Assembly (NCBI GenBank): GCA_951406725.2
Contig: OX597822.1
Location: 98,394,001-98,458,000, forward strand
DNA from: Octopus vulgaris
Taxonomy: Eukaryota
DNA: 64,000 nt
Reading direction: 5' to 3'
In this document: one piece after another, positions 54,110 to 64,000 of the stretch
Layout: each line of letters begins with the position of its first letter
Position numbering within the stretch: position 1 is the first letter of the stretch
Notes under the pieces: model-generated
What the model was told of the DNA's origin: nothing
The model's input: only the letters and a program-made list of their open reading frames with translations
The model's database searches: none
Translations under genes and position numbers: made by a program

Positions 54110-55172
54110 CTATGGGCAAGGAAGAGTTTAACGAAAGAGTTGAGAAGAGAAGAAAAGACCCTCTTGAGATGAGAATGCATGGATAGTAGGAAAGGAATAC
54201 ACAAGACGCTAAGGATAATATAGCATCGTGGGCATGGCACGAGCTAGGTGATTTGAAGCGTACAACAGAAAGCCTAACCCTTGCTGCATGAAACCAGGCT
54301 TTCACTACCAATTCAGTGAAGTATAACTCAGTGGAAAGAGTGCGGAAAATGTGACCCACTTGGCAAGCGGATGTGAGAGCCTTGCACAAAAAGAATATAA
54401 GCGCCGCTCCGATAAAGTGTGTATGTGTGTATTTTCATTGGCTCTTATGCCGTAAATACCAATATGAAGTAACATAGAACTGGCATAAGCATGTGCCAAG
54501 AAGGCTATGCAGGAGGATGGAAAAGTAACGATACTCAGGGACTAAGATTTTAAGACGGATCGTGCAATCGAACACCGTCGGCCGGATATTGTCATCATAT
54601 CTATAAAAGGGAGGATGTGTGTGGGTGGGTGTGTGCGTGTGTGTACGTGATTGTAATTCATGCACGTCCACAAATTAGCTCGCATGTCGCTCAAATTTTA
54701 GGAGGACATTTTTCAGCACCCTATCTGGGTTTTGACAACTTATTTTTTCCCCGAGGCACCCGTGGGTAGCGTAAGTATCTATTTTCAGACATAGCTTTTA
54801 GCCACGAAAAATGTCAGCCTTGGCTTTTTTGCCAGCGTCTAACAAAAAAAAAAATAAGATAAAGAAAAGTGGAAGAAAGAGGCAGAGAGTTTCACGGGAA
54901 AGACAAAGTGAGAGAGGGAGATAGAGTAAGTTATGGCGTTCATAAAAAATAGAATGTAAAATGTTTTGTTTGTTGTTTTTGAAAGACATATTTTATAATA
55001 ATAGTATATATACTTTAGTGAAAATCGTGCGAGTGTTAATCTACAAATTTAACAACATTTTTGTCCATTCACTTCTGTTTATGAACATGTATGCGAGCAT
55101 AAAACATGCAATAGGTGTACGTAGTACGTGTGTGTATGTGTGTTCGTATCGGTTACCCATATATATTTATAT

Positions 55173-55230
<58 letters not shown>

Positions 55231-56045
55231 CTAATTTCAACGGATTTCGCCCAAATTTGACGTCTATATTACTTAGTTTGGTTTGAAATAAAGAACTTGA
55301 TTAGCTTAATAATCGTAACTTAATCCCGGACAAGGGTGGGTTATACTGCTAGTATTGAATAAGAGAGACAAATACTCTCAGCTTATTGATGTATTCAAAC
55401 CATTGATGTAGCAAGAAAAGCCCCTTCATGATAAATACTGGGTTAAAGTGAACAGAAAGGAAATAGACAAAGCAAAATCCCAAAAATGCAGGACTCAAAA
55501 CAGAAACTGAAGGATTTTTAATTGCAGCACATCACCAAAGCCTCCCACCAGAAATTACCAAAAATATGTAATGAAAAGAAATACAAGTAACTGCAGAATA
55601 TGTGGAAATGGACAAAAAACAATAAGTCATATTGTCCCTGGCTGCCACAGACACGACAGAGTTGGGATCTATATACATTGGAAACTATGCCAACACTAAG
55701 GAATACCAACAGAAAAAACGTGGTATAAGCACGCTCCAGAAAATGTCACAGAAAATGAGAAAGTAATCATTCTATGGGATATGCCAATGCACACAGATAA
55801 AGTAAGGCCAAAAGACCGGTTAAAGTTGTCAGGGATTATAAAGAAAACAAATGCTTTCCAATCGATGTATCAATATCAACAGATGACAATATTTCTTTAA
55901 AAGAAATGGAGAAACATTCAAAATGGAATAAAGGTAACTCAAATGTGGTATCTAAAAACAAACAATTCCTATCATAATGGGTGCATTAGGTATGATAAAA
56001 AGAAAGTATTCAGATAAATATATAACAAAAACTTCACGACTAATT
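54110..56045 (+). pseudogene. R4/Dong-type 3' fragments (two pieces), interrupted by a Helitron
   Basis: RMHG, SAENVTHLASGCESLAQKEYKRRSDKV, EHRRPDIV, ILWDMPMHTD, PIIMGALG. Confidence 0.75.
54595..55352 (+). mobile_element. Non-autonomous Helitron
   Basis: A|TCATATCTATAAAA...CCCGGACAAGGGTGGG TTATACTG CTAG|T, with no TSD. The rejoined site GATATTGTCA/TATTGA matches the paralogous empty site at ~59309-59325. Confidence 0.85.
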
Positions 56046-57560
56046 GTCTTGAGATTTCCACATCTTTTCGATTTCGATGAGCAAATCTTTTATATTTTCT
56101 GAGATTATCAAATTCTTATGCCGCGATTCTATGGCTACAGCGTATGCATATGTCGATCAATAAACAGACTTTATAACTTTGGTCTTTAACAACAATATCT
56201 AGTTTGTTTGCTTTTATGGTTGTCCGGTCTGTACATACTGGGAAGTACCAAAGAATAATTACATTTTCTTCCTCAGTTACGTTATCCAGCGTAGATATCG
56301 GCCAACTCTGCCATGTCATGATTTGTACTGTACAGGTGCTCAAACCTTACATGCAGAGATTAGGTGATCCACTGTTTCTATCCATTCGTTGCAGTATCGG
56401 CACTTTAGGTCTACACCATTCTTCATCATATTCGCTTCATAGTTCCGAGTCAATAAGCTCTGATCTTGGGCAGCCAACTCTCTTATCTTAGGCACATTTA
56501 TCAAAACCAAATTCCATCCCAATTTCATTACTGAATGCTTTCGCAGTACGTAATAGTTCTTCAAGCTCATTATCGCCTTTACCATAGAGTTTTTTGCCCC
56601 CCATATAAAATAGAAGACTTATTTTCTTGTCGCCAATTTTACATCTATACCCTGTTCAGTTACGTTTACTTGTAAGGGGTATTAGGGTCATGCAGAAAAT
56701 CAAAAAGTGAGTTACCTTGTAATATGCCGCAGTTGATATTAATATTTTTTTTGGGGGGGTCAGAACTCCATTAGAGTGGTATAGTTGGAGATTCGTATTC
56801 CACATTGAAATGTGCATCGGGAAGTTTGAAATCACTGGAGATATTTTGAAGATATCCAGCGATTTCAAGATCCATGGATGTGGTATGCTGTCGAAGGTCT
56901 CTTTCGGATCAATCAATGCAGAACTGAGGTTTCTGCGTTTGTTACGACAGTTTTTAATGATCATGCAATTGATAAATGCTGGTTTTTGCATACATGTGAG
57001 CCTCGTCGGCAACCTTTTTCTTCAGTGGAGAAAATATCGTTCTGTTCCTTAAATTTGTATGCTTTCTCCACGAGGATATGCGTTAAAATATTATACGTGG
57101 TAGATAGACATGTTATGGGCCGATAGTATTGGGGAGACTTGGTTTCATTATTCTTCGGGAGTAGGTAAGTAATACCTCTTGCTAACCAATCAAGTGTTTT
57201 CGTAAGATCTCTCATAATTTCATTGAATAACTGGACTAAATTTTCCGTGTGCGCACGAGAGTGGGGCAAGCCAGAAATTTGGCACCCTATCATTACCAGG
57301 GATTTTCACTTATGAGCCTTTGTGAGGGTGACATTTAGATATGCTATTGTGATGTCTTCCTATGCTTTTTCTGGTAAGTTTTGGTAGATTCCTTCTGTGC
57401 GTCTAATCCGGTCTGCATTTTCATTGTCTTTTCATCACTCCAATTATTTTTCCAGAAGTTTTCAACCACTTCCATGGCAGTGAGGTCTTCAATGCTTACT
57501 TTCATCTTCCCTATTTCCAATTGTGTACAATTAGATGTGAAGTAACTTTTTAGCATCATT
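56045..57560 (-). pseudogene. Decayed R4/Dong-type RT-RLE element
   Basis: WLARGITYLLPK..YRPITCLSTTY..EEKGCRRGS, IDPKETFDSIPHPWI, AAQDQSLLTRNY..CRYC..ETVDHLISAC, ANKLDIVVKD..LLID. Confidence 0.85.
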
Positions 57561-58069
57561 CTCTTCGTGTCTAAACCTACATTAAGCCATTTTAAATCTA
57601 CACTAGCATAGCCAAACGAAAACAAAGAATTTTGATATTATTGCAACTTGACCCAGAAAAGTATAAGGGTACATACATTTTAATGCATAGTCCAGGTGCT
57701 GCTTCTTTTGAATTCAAATACTGTTTCTTTTGTGAAGGAACATAAATCAACAACGCAATGTCAGGGCATTCCAAAAAGAATAATAATAAGTATAGTTTTT
57801 AAGTCATTGAAAATGGGTTTAAGTTTATCTTAATGGAAAAATGATCTATAGTAACTATACTTTAGAATTTGGTGGCAACTCGGTCTGTAGGTTTTAATGT
57901 GCTAATCTATATTTAGATGTTGGATTTAAGCTCAAATATTCTTTTCAACTACAAAGCCGGAAGTAACCATTTGAAAATGTCTGTAAGCAACAAACTTTTC
58001 ACTGACTGTTGGAAGCCATAATAGATTTGTGTAAGATTTTCACATAAATACCAAAATTGAGTTTTTCAC

Positions 58070-58170
<101 letters not shown>

Positions 58171-58180
58171 AATAATAATA

Positions 58181-58223
<43 letters not shown>

Positions 58224-58233
58224 TAATAATAAC

Positions 58234-58289
<56 letters not shown>

Positions 58290-58309
58290 TAATAATGTAA
58301 TAACTGTCC

Positions 58310-59700
58310 AGAAGAGTTGTAAGGACATCGGCATGTAATGTGGGATCACCAAATGCTTATTACTTAATATGAAAAGAAGGAGAAGGCAGCCTACAGAGGA
58401 TTGCGATTACTATCAGGAGAGACCATGGGTGAACCCGACGGTAGCGGGTATAGATATTTAGGGATTTTGGAGCTGGATAACATTCAACACAGAGAAAGGA
58501 AAGTCAAGGGCAGCGAGGCATATCAAAAAATAAGTGGGAAGATGGTGTTGAAATCCAAACTGAATGCCAAAAATTGTGATTACCACGAAGAATATCTGGA
58601 CAATGGCGGTGCGTCAATTTCAAATGGACTAAGGAGGATATATGAACACTGGATAGAAGGATGAGAAAGTTGATGACGCTGCATTGGGCGCTACACCCAA
58701 AAGCAAACGTAAACAGACTGTATAGGAGAAGAATGAACGGTGGCAGAGGACTAATTAGTATACAACATATGCCGCGAAAGATATGGGTGTAAATGCAGAT
58801 GAAACAATGTGCAAGGAACCAACGAGCTGAGGAGAAAAGAGAAAATACCTTCTTGATACGAGAATGCATGGATAGTTTGAAAGGAATACACAAGACGTTA
58901 AGGATAATGCAGCATCGTGGGCATGGCTTGACCGAGGCAATCTGAAGTGTACCACCGAAAGCCTGATCATTGCTGCACAAGACCAGGCTTTCGCTACCAA
59001 TTCAGCGAAGTATAACATCTATAAAACTTCTGACACCCAGAAATGCGGACTCTGTGAAAAGAGTGTGGAAAATGTAATCCACTTGGTAAGTGGATGTGAG
59101 AGCCTTGCGCAAAAAGGATATAAACGCCGCCAAGATAAAGTGTGTATGTGTGTATTTTCATTGGCTCTTATGCTGTAAATACCAGTATGAAGTAACAGAG
59201 ACCTGGTATGAGCATGTACCATGTAAAGTTATGCAGGAGGAAGGAAAAGTAACGATACTCTGGGACTAAGATTTTTAGACGGGTCGTGTAATCGAAGACC
59301 GTCGGCCGGATATTGTCATATTGAGTAAGAGAGACAAATACTGTCAAAACATTGGTGTAGCCATACCAAATGACATGAATGCTGTGAGTAAAGTGGTTGA
59401 AAATATCACCAGTTACTCCGAATTGAAAGTGGAAATGGCAAGACTGTATGGAATGCGAGAGGGTAATGTAAAAGTGATAGCAGTGGTGATCGGAGCGTTG
59501 GGCTCAATATCATTGAAACTTCAAAACTTCTTAAGGCAACTGGAATTCCCATGCAACATTGATGTCTTGCAAAAAGCAACCTTGTTGTGCACTGCGCCAC
59601 ATCTTGAGGAAAGTATTATCTGTCTGAGCTCCTTATTGTAACTTGACAAATGACTAAACACTCTGGTGTATTTTTACCTACATTGTGTTACGAAGGTATG
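58310..59700 (+). pseudogene. Decayed R4/Dong-type element 3' half between (AAT)n tracts
   Basis: YRYLGILE, ALHPKANVNRLY..GGRGL, ESLIIAAQDQA, CGLCEKSVENVIHLVSGC, VIAVVIGALG. Confidence 0.85.
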
Positions 59701-59746
<46 letters not shown>

Positions 59747-59789
59747 TACTAATAATAATAATAACAACAACAAAAACAACAACAACAAC

Positions 59790-59859
<70 letters not shown>

Positions 59860-59861
<2 letters not shown>

Positions 59862-60071
59862 CCTTTCTGCTAAAGCACGAGGCCTGAAATTTGGTGGTAG
59901 GGGACTAGTCAATTACATCGACTCAGTGCGCGGCTGGTACTTAATTGATCGACCCCAAAAGAATGAAGGGGAAAGTCGACCTTGCCTAAACTTGAACTCA
60001 GAACGTAAAGACGGACGAAATGGCGCTAAACATTTTGCCCGGAATACTAAAATTTCTGACTGCTCTCGCCT
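59860..60071 (-). mobile_element. Old family B SINE variant
   Basis: Diverged core and head match. Confidence 0.7.
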
Positions 60072-60104
60072 TAATAATATTAACAATAATACTACTAATA
60101 ATAG

Positions 60105-60392
60105 AGCTGCAATGGGCCAGTAGTTAGGGCAGCGGACTCGCGGTCACGGATCGCGCTTTCGATTCCAAGACCGGGCGTTGTGTGTGTTTATTGAATGAAA
60201 ACACCTAAAGCTCCACAAGGCTCCGGCAGGGTGTTGGTGGCGATCCCTGCTGTACTCTTTCGCCACAACTTTCTCTCACTCTTTCTTCTGTTGGCCTGCT
60301 CGCTTAGCCAGCGGGGTGGCGTCATTTGAAGGCTAAAACAATGCGAAGCGCATTGTGACCAGCGATGTGTAACAACATCTGATAGCCTGGCC
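60105..60392 (+). mobile_element. Family C2 SINE
   Basis: C head plus C2 tail. Confidence 0.85.
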
Positions 60393-60554
60393 GTAAAGAA
60401 ATATAATAAAGAAAAGAAATAATAGATTATTTAAGAAAATTTAAAATTAGATTGCTTTAGCAAAAATCTTTTAATTGATAAAAGTGCAAAAAGATTTGTG
60501 ACTGAAATTGCATAGTGTTGTGAGTTTGTATGTTGATGATTGCTTCTAAGCGAA

Positions 60555-61510
60555 CAGTATGCAATACCAGACGATGACATCAGTCTGTTTAGCAGTTTCT
60601 ACAGCAACTCAAGCTGCTGCATTAGAACAGAGTATGGATAAACTGGTTTTCTCAAGGTCGTCACTGGAATAAGACAGGCCATTCTCTTGTCACCAATGTT
60701 GTTTCTGATAGACACCGATTTTGTTATGCGAAGATGAGTGGTGAGAAAGGCTGTAGGCATACCATAGTTGGCGAGAGACTGGCTAACAAACTTGGATTTT
60801 GGAGCTGGATGACATTCAAAACAGAGAAAGGAAAGTCAAGGGCAGCGAGGCATATCAAGAAATAAGTGGGAAGATGGTGTTGAAATCCAAACTGAATGCC
60901 AAAAATTTTGATTACCGCGAAGAATATCAGGACAATGATATATAGTGCGTCAATTTCAAATGGACTAAGGAGGATATATGAACACTGGATAGAAGGATGA
61001 GAAAGTTGATCACTACTGCTAGTAGAGATATAAGCAGCTGAGACCTGGAAGATGACAGAAACATTACCTGCCAAATGCCTCAGAAGGATACTAAAAATCA
61101 CTTATCGAGACAGAATGACAAATGAAACCATTCTCGAGCAGCAAGCGTAAGAACCCTGCATGCTATTGTAACTAAATGACGAATGAGAATGAATGGAATG
61201 GACACATACTAAGATTGTCAGAGGAGAGGCTTGCCAAGACAGCCATGGCTTGGATGCCGTTGGAAGGTAAGAGAAAAAGAGATCGGTCATGGAAGATATA
61301 GCGTAGTACCTTCAAAGAAGACCGACACGGAGTGAATGTCACCCTGGAAGAAGCATATCGGTTGACCAGAGACAGAGATAATTGACAGTTACTGACTGTC
61401 CGATGTGCAGAAGAAGAAGGAGAAGAAGGAAAAGAAGAAGAAGAAGAAGAAGAAGAAGAAGAAGAAGAAGAAGAAGAAGAAGAAGAAGAAGAAGAAGAAG
61501 AAGAAGAAGA
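60555..61510 (+). pseudogene. Decayed RTE-type LINE 3' part with (AAG)n tail, containing an R4/Dong-derived insert at ~60750-61010
   Basis: GIRQAILLSPMLFLI, AETWKMTE..KCLRRILKITYRDRMTNE. (AAG)n at 61407-61510. Confidence 0.65.
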
Positions 61511-63171
61511 TGGTGATGGTGATGGTGATGATAAAGTTGAAAAAAATTAGAAATATTTTTGAAAATTCTTTTAAATGAATTTATATTAGAGAATTGGAGA
61601 AAGCACATTTAAAAATCACTTTTAACTACAAATGGTTACATCTACGACCACGAAGCCATCGTTAGTTCTCCCGAGAATTACTGGCCTTTATAGATTCTCT
61701 TCTTAACTCATTAAGATTTCTAAACGTAAATCATTATACGTTATTTCAACTAATTTTTAAGAAGACAAATAAACAGATATATTTTTTTATTTATATATAA
61801 GCTTTCGCTACTGACATTCTTGTCCAATTTCACTGTAATCATATCTTGTTTTGAAAAACCTTGTGTCAGGAAATGAACTTTATACTTAAGTAAGTTTTAT
61901 TTCATAAATGTAAATAATTTACTTTATGATACTTTTTGTGTTGTTTTCCTCCGAGTTTTACCAACTAGAAAATTTCTTGAACGAACTGAAATTATTTTAA
62001 TGCTCTGAAACCATAACAGAATAGAAGAACGCAAAAGTTAACAATTACACGGTGCAGCTGAAAGGAGAGAACAAAGTAACACACCCGGCATCAAACATAC
62101 CTGTATTACCGAAGGGGCTGGTTTAAAAAATTAATCAGTTTCATAAAATATGATGCACCACACTAAATGTTTATAAAATTATGATGCACCACACTTAATG
62201 TTTTCTTTCGGTAATGATGGTTAGACAGCAATGTTACGTGCATCAAAGCAGTACGTGGATTTCTTTGGTACACGACCATCTTAACAAATTGCAGACGGAA
62301 CTATGACCTAATATAATTCTAAAATGAAGCCACCAGCCAGAAATATGCAATTTGCTGCCTTATTAAAGCGATAAAGAAAACATTAAAATTATGTAAGCAT
62401 AACCAAAACCAATTGCTGAAATCATGTACAGATGAGTAGCGGATGAATGTCGAAATCATATGCAGAACCATTTCAGAATATCCTGAGAGTTGGAATGCTG
62501 GGTGCTTTGGAAAGATATATTTCTTTGTTAATTTTACAATAAATTCAAATTGGAAAGATATTAAGCCGATTCTATTCTCAAACAAAATGTGAAGAAAATA
62601 AATAATAATAAAAGGCCTCAGGAAATACCAGTTTTGCTTTAGGCCATGCCCACCTGGTATTCAAAAATAAAGTTAATTGACGCGCATGTATAGTTCCTTC
62701 TATTATCAAAATAGAAATAATATCAGATTTTCTTTTGTGTATTGAGAAATGATTGTACTGGGACAGAAAATACCCCAGTACAATATGGAAGGTATTCTCA
62801 ATATGAATAAAGTCATTTTCATTGCACAGAGCATTTTCTTTTCATTTTTTCAAATCATAGGAAACTTTATTTCTGAAAATACACTTTTATTTAATTAATA
62901 TTTTGATAAACCTACGTTCTAGAACTCCAATGAAAAAAATGATGTGAAAAATTTTAAACCGTATGTTTTACCTTGTAACCCCTAAAACCCCAAAGTCTTT
63001 AAAATATTCACCAAAGCTATATTTCTTCTATAAGAATCGATGAAACGTCTGTCATCAAATGTGAGAAGCGAAATAAATTGTTAACATAGTGAGGAACCAA
63101 AAACTAAGTAGAAAATTTACTATTCGAAAAGTTTGTAAATGTTAGTGACTGAACACCGTAATATATAACAA

Positions 63172-63902
63172 CCTGCGGTACTGAAAAGTTCCTGGCTTTG
63201 GGTAAAAGAAAATACAGGAGAAGCAGTTAATTATGACTATATTCAAAACTAGCAGTATCGCCCGGCGTTGCTCGGGTTTGTAAGGGAAATAACTATATAA
63301 GCATTTTTAGAGAGTTACTTCCCTTATAGATGCCAATTCGGGCTTTCTTATCCATTTCTGTTTTGGTGTCTTCAAGCCATGAAGTCGTTGTTCTAAAAGA
63401 ACGCTGGTCTCCTTCACAACGCATTACGACGTTGATTTCTTTACACTCCCTTCCCCACAGCTTCACGAGGGAGGGAAGATGGGGGAGAAGCAAACAGGTG
63501 CAGGTGTGACCATGGACGCCAGCTCCGCCGCCATCGACACACGAAAAATTATGCATTAAAATGGAATAAAAAATTATGTTAAATTATTTTTAAAATCGTA
63601 GACTCATCGTAGACGCGCGTTAATACTCAGACGGGCTCGATATGAATCACGACTATAAGATACCCGAATTTGGTTAAACTGCACCGCAAAATGTGGGAGG
63701 AGTTAGGAATCTAAATCGAAGGGGACAGACACTCACACAACTACAGTTTTATATATATAGATATTCCGTTCTCTGATTCACACACTTATTACAGCAGTCC
63801 TTCGGTTTTTCTAAGACCTATAAAAGAGCGAGGAAGCTTGGGACTCCAACCAGGCCTTTCAGAATACATTTAAAGCCAGAACCTTCTTAGCACACCCACG
63901 TA
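63172..63902 (-). mobile_element. Mariner-derived MITE split by a Helitron
   Basis: TIR-like GGTACTGAAAAGTTCCTGGCTTT vs (rc) GTGCTAAGAAGGTTCTGGCTTT. Residual CNKCVN..EY transposase end. Confidence 0.6.
63249..63761 (-). mobile_element. Non-autonomous Helitron (513 bp)
   Basis: Minus strand A|TCTATATATATAAAA ... CCCGAGCAACGCCGGG hairpin, CGATACTG CTAG|T. No TSD. Confidence 0.88.
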
Positions 63903-64000
63903 TTTATTAAAAGGTTCTGAATGTCATTTCAAGAAATGAACGAATTCAAAAAATAAAAATAACTTCCCGTGTAACTGCGAAACTTAGATATATGTTTAAC

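Overview
AT-rich, repeat-saturated eukaryotic DNA, intergenic or intronic, with no convincing host protein-coding exon. Most ORFs in the supplied track are translated microsatellites or SINE bodies. The SINE families and microsatellite density suggest an octopus (coleoid cephalopod) genome; this is an inference, not a database result. The window holds about 35 copies of tRNA-derived SINEs and related short repeats, decayed R4/Dong-type retrotransposons sitting in (AAT)n, RTE and CR1/Jockey-group LINE fragments, a Gypsy integrase plus LTR, several Tc1/mariner relics, two non-autonomous Helitrons with clean A|TC...CTAG|T junctions, a GG-ended MITE carrying telomere-like repeats, and a 37-bp minisatellite. 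The signal least explained by ordinary annotation is a set of about 10 minimal type-I hammerhead ribozyme folds (plus degenerate ones), read by eye. They lie in short, (TA)n-embedded, non-coding elements arranged as foldbacks, inverted twins or tandem units, resembling Penelope-like elements or retrozymes. Several have unusual catalytic cores: CCGANGA recurs in three apparently unrelated elements, and one motif has a compensatory G3:C8 swap. Coordinates were read manually and may be off by a few bases.
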